Part shown: positions 27,217 through 39,960 of the stretch, one piece after another
Numbering within the stretch: the first letter of the stretch is position 1
Layout: each line of letters opens with the position of its first letter
Origin: Octopus bimaculoides
Lineage: Eukaryota
Direction: 5' to 3'
Length of the DNA: 64,000 nt
Assembly: GCF_001194135.2 (NCBI RefSeq)
Contig: NC_068982.1
Span: 35,195,433 to 35,259,432, forward strand
Made by a program: the position numbers and the translations under genes
Notes under the pieces: model-generated
What the model was told of the DNA's origin: nothing
The model's database searches: none
Seen by the model: the letters and a program-made list of their open reading frames with translations, nothing else

Positions 27217-28210
27217 ATGTGTATCCTTAATAGGGAATAATAAAAAAGGATAATTAAAAAGTGTGAATACTTATCCCATACGTTGGTTATTTCATTTTTT
27301 TTGTGTTTGTGAAATGTATTTAATAATGGATGCTTCACCAAACTGACTTTAAGAAGTATGAAAATATGGGTGTCTCTTGAAGTGTTTCCCACGAAACAAA
27401 GTTCCTATACCATCAGTGTACGAGCCACAGCTACGAAGACTTCTACACCCCTTGTATTCTCAAACAAACAGTAGCACTACTTAAAAGATAATGCAATGCA
27501 CCTCAATGCGTCAAGAATCCATGTCATCCCATGACCTGAAACTTGAACCAAGTGACTACTACAGAATCAGAAGTGATGTTGAACTGGGTAGCGTGTTGAA
27601 CCATCTTCCCTCCAAACTGGTCATGCAGTTATATCGTGGCAACAATATTAGAAGTATTCTCTTTCTGGTCTCAGAACCCCACTCAATTTTCGGATGCGAG
27701 GACGGTCCTTAATGAGTTTCCTTCGCCTTGCCATTTTTGAGAGATTTCACTTGTAGGTGCCTCCGTTTGCAAAGCTATCGGAAGATTAGATGCACTGATA
27801 TAGACGTAGAGAAAAATGGAGAGCAAACAAACATTTAAATGCACATAGAGGAATAGAAGGAGATTAACGGAGTTAATGATAATGAATAAAACAGAAATGC
27901 ATAAGAAAAAGGATTGAATAAATTGATGCTTTAAAATGTATATGATAGATTTCGCGAAATTATAAAATATTTTATAACGATTGCAGCGTGAAAGACACAT
28001 GTTAAATATTCAAAAACACAAAGTTTGCTAACTTCAATTAAACATCTATCGTTTGTAATATGGTGTCAAAATTTTCGTCACTCGAAACTGTGACCTGATT
28101 AACTACCTTTATCTATTTCCAAATGGCTAGTATGTGCCTTCGACGTTGCAATCGTTTGGTTTGAACCTACAGTTTCAGATCAAATCACTTACCTTGTCAG
28201 TAGACCTCCG

Positions 28211-28895
28211 TAATAATCCTTTCAAATGTAGGCACAAGGCTAGAAATTTTGGTGTAGGGGTGATTCAATTAAACCTAGCCCAATGTTCAACAGGTACGTG
28301 TTCCATCGACTACAAAAGGATGAAAGATAAAATCAACCTCAGTGGAATTTGCACTCAAAACGTAAAGACGGACGAAATGCTACTGAGCATTTTGTTCGGC
28401 GTGCTAACGATTCTGCCAGCTCACCGCTTTACACCTAACTAAGAATCCTTTCAAATATAGGTACGAGGCCTGAAATTTTGCGGGGATGGGGTAAGTCGAT
28501 TATATCGACTCCAGTGTACAACTGGTATCTGCTTCATTGAATCCGAAAAATAAAAGAGAAAATCAACAACGGTGGAATTTGAACTCCCGAACGCAAGAAA
28601 TGCTGCTAAGCGCTTTGCCCGGCGTGCTAACGATTCTATCAGCTCGCTACCTTACACCTCCCTAATAATGGTTTCAAATTTTGACACAGGGCTAGCGATT
28701 TCGGGGAAGGGATTCAGGCGATTACATTGACCCCAGTTCTTGAATGGTACTTCATCAACCCCGAAAAGATGAAAGGCAAAGTCGACCTCGGCAGAATTTG
28801 AACTCAGAACGTAAAGACGGACGAAATACCTCAATGCATTTCGCCCAGCGTGCAAACGATTCTGCCAACTCACAGCCTTACACCTCCCTACTAAT
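28211..28895 (-). mobile_element. SINE family B, tandem triplet (period about 225 bp)
   Basis: Units 28211-28430, 28441-28653 and 28663-28880, each followed by a related TTACACCT(A/C) linker. Confidence 0.93.
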
Positions 28896-29241
28896 AAAAT
28901 CTTTTATATTTTCCAGATTTCCAGATTGGTACATTATCTAAACAATTTATTTTGATCCGACTGTAAATCATTTCACTTTTGATTATTAAATCTGTTTCTA
29001 AATTGACCTCGACATTTGATGCCAGTTTGGAGGAGTTCTATATCAATTATTACTGACGGAATATCTGACCTTCTGAAATTACCATTTATCTTTCAACATT
29101 AACAGAATCGATATATTCCTCACCACGTGGCTGAAACATTGACTTTGAATGAGACGTTACACAAACTATCTTACAACGTAGCAAAAGGAATATAAAATTA
29201 GGTGGCTTCCATGCCTCTCCCAAATAGTACTTTTGTATCAA

Positions 29242-29556
29242 CTGGCATTCCGTCGGTTACGACGACAAGTGTTCCAGATGATCTGATCAACTGAAAAGCC
29301 TGCTCGTTAAATTAACGTGTAACTGAATGAGTACACTACAAAAACGCGTACCCTTAACGTAGTTCTCAGGGAGCTTCAGGAGGACACAGAATGTGGTAAG
29401 GCTGACCCTTTGAATTACAGGTACAGCTCGTTTTTACCAGCTGAGTAGATTGGAGCAGCGTGAAATAAATGTATCCTTGATACAACGCGCCGCAGTGAAT
29501 CGAACTGACGATCTTACATTCGGCAGCCGAATACCCTAACCACTAAGCTATGTGCC
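29242..29556 (-). mobile_element. tRNA-derived SINE (group C/D), chimeric body
   Basis: Head TAGCTTAGTGGTTAGGG...GTTCGATTC. The centre matches 49680-49745 and the tail matches 11670-11855. Confidence 0.87.
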
Positions 29557-30242
29557 ATCACAGTATTTGTACTACAAATGAAGGAAAACGGCCATAATTT
29601 CAGATGAAAACAATATTACTGATTTTCAGTCGGGCAGTGTAAGTAACATAATGCAACTTTGGTAAAAGTATAGATTTCGCATCCAAAACTACATATATTT
29701 TTTGGTTGCATAGTATTAAATTTATTCTAAAGTTCTTAAATTGTCGCAAATATATCTATAGAAACGATTTTACATTTTTAATTTTTATTGTATATTTCTA
29801 ATTACATTTTCACAATAAATATAATTACATTTACTCGCACATTTGATAGGGGGAAAAGGAATTTATTTAATTCAACTGTATTAGATTACATTTAATTTAA
29901 CGCAGCCTTCAGATATAAGTCGTAAAAAATCAAAACCAAATCGTGTCCCTACTCGATAACATTAATTATTTCGGCTTCAGTAAACTAGGGTGTCGTATGT
30001 ATAGTTAAGAACAGATTATAACAACCTATGTCCAAAAATATCACCCACTCTCTAAATCAATTGGAAGAGATACGTCAGTATTTTTACTAGAAAATTATAT
30101 AGCGTTGTTAAGTTTTGCCTCGGTTTTAATTCTCGCGATAGATTATTGACCTGACGTCATGGTTTTTAATACGTCACTGATGTAAGCGGTTTTGTTTATG
30201 CCGTTAGTTTGACCTTCTTACGTGTTTCTACGTCTTTTACCT

Positions 30243-30520
30243 TATCTTATGTTTGTTTCAGTCATTGGAGTGCACCTTGAAGTGTTCAGTCGAAAAAAAA
30301 ATCGTTCCACACCCCCACCCCGCGTCACCCCCATCAGTACTCATTTTATTCTTCAAGTCTGGTACTTATTCTACTGGTTGCTTTTGCCCAAACGGTCAAT
30401 TACGGGGACGTAAACAAAGCAATACCTGTTGTCAAACGGTGGCGGCGCAAACGTAAAGACATGCGCACACAAACACACACACACACACACAAATACACAC
30501 ACACATACATACACACACAC
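30243..30520 (-). mobile_element. SINE family A, 3' half (running into a gap)
   Basis: gtttcagtcattggag...ttttgcccaaacg...ttacggggacgtaaac...ttgtcaaacg. Confidence 0.85.
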
Positions 30521-31038
30521 GCGCGATCGCATATGTATATATATATATATATATATATNNNNNNNNNNNNNNNNNNNNNNNNNNNNNNNNNNNNNNNNNN
30601 NNNNNNNNNNNNNNNNNNNNNNNNNNNNNNNNNNNNNNNNNNNNNNNNNNNNNNNNNNNNNNNNNNNNNNNNNNNNNNNNNNNNNNNNNNNNNNNNNNNN
30701 NNNNNNNNNNNNNNNNNNNNNNNNNNNNNNNNNNNNNNNNNNNNNNNNNNNNNNNNNNNNNNNNNNNNNNNNNNNNNNNNNNNNNNNNNNNNNNNNNNNN
30801 NNNNNNNNNNNNNNNNNNNNNNNNNNNNNNNNNNNNNNNNNNNNNNNNNNNNNNNNNNNNNNNNNNNNNNNNNNNNNNNNNNNNNNNNNNNNNNNNNNNN
30901 NNNNNNNNNNNNNNNNNNNNNNNNNNNNNNNNNNNNNNNNNNNNNNNNNNNNNNNNNNNNNNNNNNNNNNNNNNNNNNNNNNNNNNNNNNNNNNNNNNNN
31001 NNNNNNNNNNNNATATATATATATATGTATATATATAT

Positions 31039-31215
31039 AGCTGTGACTGTGTGGTAAGAAGATTGCTTCCCAACCATATGGTTCCGGGATCAATTCCACT
31101 GCGTAGCACTTTGGGCAAGTGCCTTCTATAGCTTCGGGCTGACCAAAGCCTTGTGAGTGGATTTGGTAAACGGAAACTGAAAGAAGCCCGTCGTATATGT
31201 GGACATATCTATGTG
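31039..31215 (+). mobile_element. SINE family A, 5' half
   Basis: gtgactgtgtggtaagaag...ggttccgggatcaattccactgcgtagcactttgggcaag...gaaactgaaagaagcccgtcg. Confidence 0.9.
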
Positions 31216-31237
31216 TGCGTGTTCGGCTTTATGTTAT

Positions 31238-31375
31238 GAGTTTAAATTCAGCCGACTTTGCTTTCACCATTTCGGGGTCGATAAAATAAACATCAGTTCA
31301 GAACTGAGATCGATGTAATCGTCTGGCCTCTCTCACAGAATTTCAGGCCCTTATACCTATAGTGGAATGGAGTAT
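31238..31375 (+). mobile_element. SINE family B, 3' part with alternative tail
   Basis: ttcggggtcgataaaata...gatcgatgtaatcg...cctatagtggaatggagtatt. Confidence 0.8.
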
Positions 31376-32460
31376 TTACGTGTTTGAAAATGATTATGGA
31401 GAATCAGAGCGTCAGATAAATTGCCTAGTGATATTTATTCTGGCTCCTGAAGATCTACGACCTGGTACTGTTCTTTCCCCTGATGACTGGAGACCCCTGA
31501 TATACATTACGAATATTTCAGAATTTCGTGTGAAAAAAATCACGATGGGATCGGATAATTCACAGACTTTGACTGTTTCCTCTTACGTTTTAATGAGCTG
31601 TGTGAGTTATCCGCTCCTCCTTCCTTTTATGCCGTATTCCGATGTAATCGTATTCTACACCATCTAAAATGCTTTTACTGAAAATTTGATTTACAAATAT
31701 CTCTTTTTCAGAAAGCTATGAGGAAACAAAGTCGGAGTGGGGGACACATCGATATTTATGCCCATATTTCTTCCATTAATTCCTAATCCATTAAAAATGA
31801 ATAAAATAAGATTATAAAATTCGCTAGCATTTGAGCCTTGTAAAAGTCAGGTACATAGTAAAGTACTTACCGCGACGATCAACAAGACTCCATTAGTTTC
31901 ATATATCCCCTTATTCTCTTTTACCTTATTCACACTTCTAGTCCAGTTTCGTTAGTTCTGCTTCAGTACAGACGTCAGTTAATATTTGTTCCTTCAACAG
32001 AAGCTAACTATTAAAGATGTTATTTTCTGTGCTAGTAAATACGCGACCTGAGTGCACTTGGAGATTCATTTAGTCGGTATTTTCCTAAGTATAATTCCAC
32101 AAGATTTTTATTGTTGATTTTTACGTATATTTCTCGCTATAAAATTATAAATTATACACTTTTTATCATTTTTTCTTTTTTCTTTCTTTCTTTTTGGTTT
32201 GCTCTCAGTTGTCCTCTATAAAAACCTACCATTATACCAAATAAACATTATCGATCGAACCCTATGTGGTCGGTATCGGAATTCGATAAGAAAATATAGT
32301 ACGCTTAATGAACTTATGCTACAGTCCGGTCATCGGCAAAACAGAACCTTTTATTATAAATGAAAAAAGCACCTTTTGCTTTGAAAGATACTTAAATATG
32401 CGTGCGTCCTCATACATACATGCATGCACACATACATACATACATACTTACATATGTATG

Positions 32461-32491
<31 letters not shown>

Positions 32492-33656
32492 GCGTGTATG
32501 TGTACAGAAATGTGAAGGCAATCGATGTGCGCATCAGCGTGTTTGGGCGTGTAAGATTATAAACACATGCACATTATATATGCACACAAATACGCAAAAG
32601 CTTATATGCGCATACAGGTGTGTTTTGTGTGTGTGTATNNNNNNNNNNNNNNNNNNNNNNNNNNNNNNNNNNNNNNNNNNNNNNNNNNNNNNNNNNNNNN
32701 NNNNNNNNNNNNNNNNNNNNNNNNNNNNNNNNNNNNNNNNNNNNNNNNNNNNNNNNNNNNNNNNNNNNNNNNNNNNNNNNNNNNNNNNNNNNNNNNNNNN
32801 NNNNNNNNNNNNNNNNNNNNNNNNNNNNNNNNNNNNNNNNNNNNNNNNNNNNNNNNNNNNNNNNNNNNNNNNNNNNNNNNNNNNNNNNNNNNNNNNNNNN
32901 NNNNNNNNNNNNNNNNNNNNNNNNNNNNNNNNNNNNNNNNNNNNNNNNNNNNNNNNNNNNNNNNNNNNNNNNNNNNNNNNNNNNNNNNNNNNNNNNNNNN
33001 NNNNNNNNNNNNNNNNNNNNNNNNNNNNNNNNNNNNNNNNNNNNNNNNNNNNNNNNNNNNNNNNNNNNNNNNNNNNNNNNNNNNNNNNNNNNNNNNNNNN
33101 NNNNNNNNNNNNNNNNNNNNNNNNNNNNNNNNNNNNNNNNNNNNNNNNNNNNNNNNNNNNNNNNNNNNNNNNNNNNNNNNNNNNNNNNNNNNNNNNNNNN
33201 NNNNNNNNNNNNNNNNNNNNNNNNNNNNNNNNNNNNNNNNNNNNNNNNNNNNNNNNNNNNNNNNNNNNNNNNNNNNNNNNNNNNNNNNNNNNNNNNNNNN
33301 NNNNNNNNNNNNNNNNNNNNNNNNNNNNNNNNNNNNNNNNNNNNNNNNNNNNNNNNNNNNNNNNNNNNNNNNNNNNNNNNNNNNNNNNNNNNNNNNNNNN
33401 NNNNNNNNNNNNNNNNNNNNNNNNNNNNNNNNNNNNNNNNNNNNNNNNNNNNNNNNNNNNNNNNNNNNNNNNNNNNNNNNNNNNNNNNNNNNNNNNNNNN
33501 NNNNNNNNNNNNNNNNNNNNNNNNNNNNNNNNNNNNNNNNNNNNNNNNNNNNNNNNNNNNNNNNNNNNNNNNNNNNNNNNNNNNNNNNNNNNNNNNNNNN
33601 NNNNNNNNNNNNNNNNNNNATATAGGCTGTGTATAATATAGAACATTTATAAATAG

Positions 33657-33704
33657 GTCTTACAGCTGTTTCGAGGATCTTTATTATATCCCTTCATCGG
33701 AGAC
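33657..33704 (-). ncRNA. Minimal type-I hammerhead-like motif (Penelope type)
   Basis: Minus strand: GTCT CCGATGA a GGGAT-ataataaag-ATCCT c GAAA C-AGCT-G TA / AGAC. Stem I 4 bp, stem II 5 bp, palindromic stem III, GUA triplet; U4 is C. Confidence 0.7.
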
Positions 33705-34317
33705 GGTCTGAGATGATGGTTAAGCAATAGTTAGTTTAGATAAGATAGGAAATAGAGAGTGAATGTAGGGAATATTGTATTTGTAAATCAGTTGTTTAGG
33801 CAGAATGGTATACATATAAGATTCCAATACCTTGTGAGTAAAATCCAATAGTCTTTAAGATTGGTCATTGCATATGTAAATCCTTATATTCACACGCTGA
33901 TATATGACCTACGTTGGACCCCTTATTCGCATAATACCCGAACCTTGAGCTTAACTATGGGCTATCCATAGCACTTACTCAGCATTACCTGAAACCTCTG
34001 GGTCTAATTGACACCACTACCGCTCATAACCTCTATATATATACATATATATGAGAGCGATAGCACTATTAAAAATACCATCGCTAGTGGCAGCGAATGC
34101 AAGCCGTGCAGGCAAATTAATAATATATATATATAAGATATATATATATATATATATTATACGAAATTATACGAAATGTATAAATAAATGATGAGTAAAG
34201 CACCGGCATAGTATCGATTACCTCTTGTTATCTGTAGATTTATTGCAGGAACTTCGTAGTGGCGGTTGGGGTAACAGTATTAATAAAATAGATGGAATTA
34301 GTAAAATATTTTATTAG

Positions 34318-34359
34318 GTACGACATATATTTCGACCCGTTCTGGGTCTCTTCGGGTAC
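34318..34359 (-). ncRNA. Minimal type-I hammerhead-like motif
   Basis: Minus strand: GTAC CCGAAGA GACCC-agaac-GGGTC GAAA T-ATAT-G TC / GTAC. All three stems form and there is a GUC triplet; the only core change is U4 to C. Confidence 0.78.
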
Positions 34360-34449
34360 ATCAATAAAAAAAGTATTACTAGAAATTTTCTGATTCGGCT
34401 TTACGTACTGCTATATGTGCGTCAACTTCTATTTTTGATAGTACTATCG

Positions 34450-34501
<52 letters not shown>

Positions 34502-35116
34502 NNNNNNNNNNNNNNNNNNNNNNNNNNNNNNNNNNNNNNNNNNNNNNNNNNNNNNNNNNNNNNNNNNNNNNNNNNNNNNNNNNNNNNNNNNNNNNNNNNN
34601 NNNNNNNNNNNNNNNNNNNNNNNNNNNNNNNNNNNNNNNNNNNNNNNNNNNNNNNNNNNNNNNNNNNNNNNNNNNNNNNNNNNNNNNNNNNNNNNNNNNN
34701 NNNNNNNNNNNNNNNNNNNNNNNNNNNNNNNNNNNNNNNNNNNNNNNNNNNNNNNNNNNNNNNNNNNNNNNNNNNNNNNNNNNNNNNNNNNNNNNNNNNN
34801 NNNNNNNNNNNNNNNNNNNNNNNNNNNNNNNNNNNNNNNNNNNNNNNNNNNNNNNNNNNNNNNNNNNNNNNNNNNNNNNNNNNNNNNNNNNNNNNNNNNN
34901 NNNNNNNNNNNNNNNNNNNNNNNNNNNNNNNNNNNNNNNNNNNNNNNNNNNNNNNNNNNNNNNNNNNNNNNNNNNNNNNNNNNNNNNNNNNNNNNNNNNN
35001 NNNNNNNNNNNNNNNNNNNNNNNNNNNNNNNNNNNNNNNNNNNNNNNNNNNNNNNNNNNNNNNNNNNNNNNNNNNNNNNNNNNNNNNNNNNNNNNNNNNN
35101 NNNNNNNNNNNNNNNN

Positions 35117-35183
<67 letters not shown>
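35117..35183. repeat. (GT)n microsatellite
   Basis: Direct reading, adjacent to a gap. Confidence 0.97.
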
Positions 35184-35188
<5 letters not shown>

Positions 35189-35988
35189 GTGCGCGCGCGA
35201 GTGTGTGTGGCCATGTGTCTGAGTCATTATCCAAATTGCTCTTTCTTTTTAAAAGAATTTGGGCTGTTGTTTTTAGCAGATCAAGAAAATATGTATATAA
35301 TCCCTCATTGGTTCGACATTAAAGATATTTGTAGGAGAATGAGTTGTAAATGAATAGCACTCAAGATGACGTTTTGAATGATAACTCACAAGACTAAAAC
35401 GTGTTTTGAGAGGAAAACGTAAATCAACTAAATGGTGACCTTGATTTCATAGATCGATATAGCTGAACTGAAAACAAATCAACTTCTTTATTTTATTTAT
35501 TTTCCTTCTCTGTTTTTAAGTTAAATCTTCTCTGCAGAGATATGTTTGTTTATTCGTTTATTTATTTCATTTATTTATTTGTTTAATACTATTATGGAAT
35601 AACAGGTAATAAAAAATAGAATTGAGGAAACCCGTTGGAAATGCGAGCCAGAAATATTTTATTTTAGTTTATAAAGAGACATTGTGACGGATAAACAACG
35701 CCAGCGCAATGGTAGTAAACCAGATACCTCTATACCAAGTAGAAAAAAAAAAAGCATTAAACGAAAAACAATAACAAAAACAACATGAAAATAACATCAG
35801 TTGAAATTTTAACGGATCAGTTTTAGCGGAATGATTCAAGCTTCTTATTGATATTTGATTTCCCTCCCATCCATGAAAACACACGAAAATATGCTACTTA
35901 ATTTTCTAAATCAAACACGTATGTGCTAACATTCACCTAAATTTCAATGACAGAAACAAAAGCACCAAATTTTTTTTTTAGGTTTATA

Positions 35989-36040
<52 letters not shown>

Positions 36041-36412
36041 CATGTATGTATGTGTATATATTTAATAAAGAGAAGATAAAATAAACAAATGAATATAGAA
36101 ATTTGTGTTTGGAAACACTGGTTTCTATAAATAAATGCAACGAGTAAAACGAAAATATGGCATATGTGTTTATACAATGTCTAGTGAGACAAACTAGATC
36201 AATGTTACTTCTCGCGTCAACGACGAAGGCCGTACGTAATTGCTCAACTTGCTAACATGCTGAAAACGGCAACTTTATCTTCCTCAGTTTACACATTACT
36301 TTCTCGAAAGAAATAACACATTATAGGCTGAGAAATTTTCATTAATTGTGGGGTTAATTTTTTTCATTAAAGTTAAGAAGCGATCGACGACAGCTTACTG
36401 TAATTGTTAGTT

Positions 36413-36591
36413 ATACAAATTTTGATTTTGGTACAAGACGAGCAAAATTCAACAATACTTATTTTATCGACCTCAAAAGGATGAAAGGCAAAGATGACCT
36501 TGGCGGAATTTGAGCACAAAACGTAAAGACGTGCAAAATGCCGTTAAGCATTTTGTCCGGCATGCTAATGACTCTGCCAGCTCGCTGCCTT
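36413..36591 (-). mobile_element. SINE family B
   Basis: tacttattttatcgacctcaaaaggatgaaaggcaaag...ctctgccagctcgctgcct. Confidence 0.9.
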
Positions 36592-36704
36592 TAGTAACAC
36601 TGGTTATATTATATAAAAAGTCAGAATATAAAACTGTGGATAAAAACCAGAGAATTGTGACAGAAGTGTTTTACGAAAATGCTTACTGTAGAATAGAAGA
36701 CATG

Positions 36705-37163
36705 ATGGCTTGGATCTGTAGTCTTTGAATCAGTTTTCTCCTTTCTCGTTTTGAAGATGGTTTTGTATGTATGTATGTATGTATGTATGTATGTATGTAT
36801 GTATGTGTGTGTGTGTGTAAATATGTCATATGGATGTAAATGTATGTCATTATTCACTTTTATTTTAAGATATCTTGCTAATAGGAAAGAGTCTGTTTCT
36901 AACCTAGATCCAAGTCTCCCACATTGGAATTTCAACATCAACAACAGGGTATTTCTGTGTCTGTGTGTATGTAAGTATATGTGCAGATTTGTATGCTTTG
37001 TTTTATGTATATATTTTCATGCATATAGTTGCATGTCTAGACATGCTCATATGTACTTAAATGATAAACTTCTGGAAAGTTTTGCGATTTTTACAGTTCC
37101 AGCGATGGCTTGGATCTAGTCTTCGAATCAACTTTCTCCTTCCTGATTTTGAAGATGGTTTTG
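36705..37163 (+). repeat. Diverged direct repeat of about 60 bp (36705-36765, 37105-37163)
   Basis: atggcttggatct(gt)agtctt(t/c)gaatca..tttctcctt.ct..ttttgaagatggttttg, each followed by TATG repeats. Confidence 0.88.
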
Positions 37164-37674
37164 CATGTATGTATACACGTACGTACGCACGTATTTATTG
37201 TGTTCTGAGTTGTTCTATCAGGTTGTGTGTGTATGTGTGTGTGTGTGTGTACGCGTCCACCCGTACCTGCACGCATGTGTGTGTGTGTTGTGCGTAGAAG
37301 CGTATATTTATATAGTAATACGACCATGTATGCATCGTAGTCGGCTTAGTATAGGCTCAGGGAAATTGTTCGAGCTTCCATTGAGTGAGAGAGTGTAGAG
37401 AGAGTGAGAAAGAGTAGACGTCTAGAAAGGAAATATGTGTTTGGTTATTGCATTTAATATCGAATTCATCGAAATTTGCTATTATTAACTTTTCCTAAAT
37501 CTAACCGATAGATCAATAACAGAACTTGGACGCCCAAATTTTCAAGTGTCTTAAACACATTCATTACCAAAGATTTATTATTTCTGGCTCTCTAGCTTAG
37601 CATTTAATGAATCTATTATTTACCTACTAATCTATTCAAATTATATCATTATATGCATATATAAATATAGATTG

Positions 37675-37825
37675 ATTTCTAACGTTGGCGCAACGCCCCG
37701 TCTTTGGCGAGAGGACAGAACCGATTTAATCGACCAGTGAATGGTATATATTCTTATTTTACTGTATCGACCTAGAAAGGATGAAATGAAAAGCGGGGGT
37801 TTTCGGTATTCGAACTCAGAACATA
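37675..37825 (-). mobile_element. SINE family B, highly degenerate
   Basis: atcgacctagaaaggatgaaatg...tcgaactcagaac. Confidence 0.6.
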
Positions 37826-38174
37826 ACTGTACACAGCAACATACATACATACATACATATATATACATAATTATACATATACATGTATGTATGTATGTAT
37901 GTATGTATGTATGTATGTATGTATGAATGTATGAATGTGTATGTATGAATATCTATCTATTATCTATCTATCTATCTACCTATATATATANNNNNNNNNN
38001 NNNNNNNNNNNNNNNNNNNNNNNNNNNNNNNNNNNNNNNNNNNNNNNNNNNNNNNNNNNNNNNNNNNNNNNNNNNNNNNNNNNNNNNNNNNNNNNNNNNN
38101 NNNNNNNNNNNNNNNNNNNNNNNNNNNNNNNNNNNNNNNNNNNNNNNNNNNNNNNNNNNNTATATATATATATA

Positions 38175-38375
38175 TTACTTGTTCCAATCGTTGGATTGTG
38201 GCCGTGCTGGAGTGACACCTTCAATGTTTCCGTCAAGCACATTGACCCGAGTATTTATTCTGATACATATTATACTGGTCTCTTATGCTAAACCACCAAG
38301 TTATGTGGACGTAAACAAACCGAAACCGTTTGTCAAGCAACGTGGAAGGACAAACACAAAGACACAAACATACAC
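38175..38375 (-). mobile_element. SINE family A, 3' half
   Basis: tacttgttccaatcg...ggccgtgctggag...ggacgtaaacaaaccg...ttgtcaagc...gacaaacacaaagacac. Confidence 0.82.
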
Positions 38376-39088
38376 ATGTATATAATGTATATATGTGTGT
38401 GTATGTATATATATATATATATATAATGTAATGTAGATATGTTTGTGTATATATATGTATGCATATTTGCATATATCTTTGTATTATCATCCTACTGATT
38501 GACAACCAATGTTTCCTTTAACTTAGTAGTTCAGTAAAAGACCGATAGAGTACCAAGCATTAAAAACAATTATGCACTAGGAAGGAAAAGAGCGACCAAT
38601 TTTTCAATCTTGTATTTTGTTTGATGACTGTTCATGTGAATGTTTCCATAAATTTTTCACGGGACTGAAATCCGAGGATTGTGATTAGCCACTTCAGTAC
38701 TCAAAATTTCTTACTCTAGAGAAATCCCTGAATATTCTGTGCGGTCACTTACAGAAACATACGCGACGATTTTTGCCATACGGAAGTATAGTTTTCTCCA
38801 AAATCTTTAGATTGGCTCTACATGATGCTCTTGATGTAACATATGGAACCGACCATTTTTTCCAGACTTGCAGGCGCAAACCATATCAATGGCATAAGAT
38901 CAGCTAGAATAGAAAATTTTCATTGATGCTGATCACGTCATAGTGAGCAGAAGTTACTGAGCAACTCACATCAATAGCTATGTTTGTACTGTACATCAGT
39001 CCACCCCAACAACTTCCATTAGATTGACATTGCCTGCACAGATGCACGTTTTGCCACACGTCAGATGTTGATGTGATTGCAGACCAGT

Positions 39089-39196
39089 GTGAAATGAAGT
39101 ATTTTGCTAAAAGACACAACGCACCACACAGTCCGAGAATCGAAACTACGCTTCTGCAATAATGAATGCAGTACCCTAACCACTGGGCACGCCCTC
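39089..39196 (-). mobile_element. tRNA-derived SINE head (group C)
   Basis: Minus strand GTGCCCAGTGGTTAGGG...GTTTCGATTCTCGG...gcgttgtgtcttttagcaaaatacttcatttcac. Confidence 0.75.
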
Positions 39197-39334
39197 AATA
39201 TATACCATTCGAGAATTATTGATCTCGTCTCTTATGATAAGGTCTTATATTTACCTATTATGAAGGATCTTAGGATGATTTATTCAAATAACTATACCGC
39301 AGTTTAACTTACTTAGGTAGAGAATAATTAACAG

Positions 39335-39590
39335 GGACAAGCATGGCTTTCTGGTTAACAGGCTCACTTTGCAACCAAGTGGTTTGGGATTCAGTTCTAC
39401 TGGAAGCCACCAGAAGAAAATGCTTTCTAATTAGTACCAGGATGGCTAATGTATTGTTAGTGAATTTAACAGACTGGAACTACTTGAAAGTCCAACGTAT
39501 ATGCATATGTATATGTGTATGTTTATGCATGTTCCCTCAAGCGCTTGGCAACCGGTATTGGTTTTTAACAACGCTATAAATATGCCTATG
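39335..39590 (+). mobile_element. SINE family A-like, highly degenerate
   Basis: catggctttctggttaac...caaccaagtggtttgggattcagttc and cttggcaaccggtattggttttta. Confidence 0.55.
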
Positions 39591-39696
39591 TGCATGTTTT
39601 TGTGTGTGGATATACGTGTGCATGGGAGACATACGTATATTTGTGCATGTTCCTACATAAGTTTAAAATTGTATATACGTTATACACATATGTATG

Positions 39697-39741
<45 letters not shown>

Positions 39742-39909
39742 TGAGAGATAGATAGATAGACAGACAGACAGGCAGATAGACAGATAAAAAAAGATAGGTA
39801 CATATTCGCACACGTCCATGTGTGAGTGAATAACAGCACAGACTTCTTGTGTGTGTGCAGGTATTTGTATGTGAATATGCGTGCGCGTGTGAACGCAGGC
39901 GTGTATTTA

Positions 39910-39960
<51 letters not shown>

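Noticed and set aside
27358-27474. Short frame with YTISVRAT resembling a cadherin or FN3 strand
   Set aside because: Only 38 codons, bounded by a stop, with no other domain motifs; probably chance.
28211-28895. CRISPR-like array
   Set aside because: The units are ~220-bp SINE copies in a eukaryotic context, with no short repeat-spacer structure.
31362-31667. 101-aa ORF
   Set aside because: It starts inside a SINE tail and has no recognisable domain or splice support.
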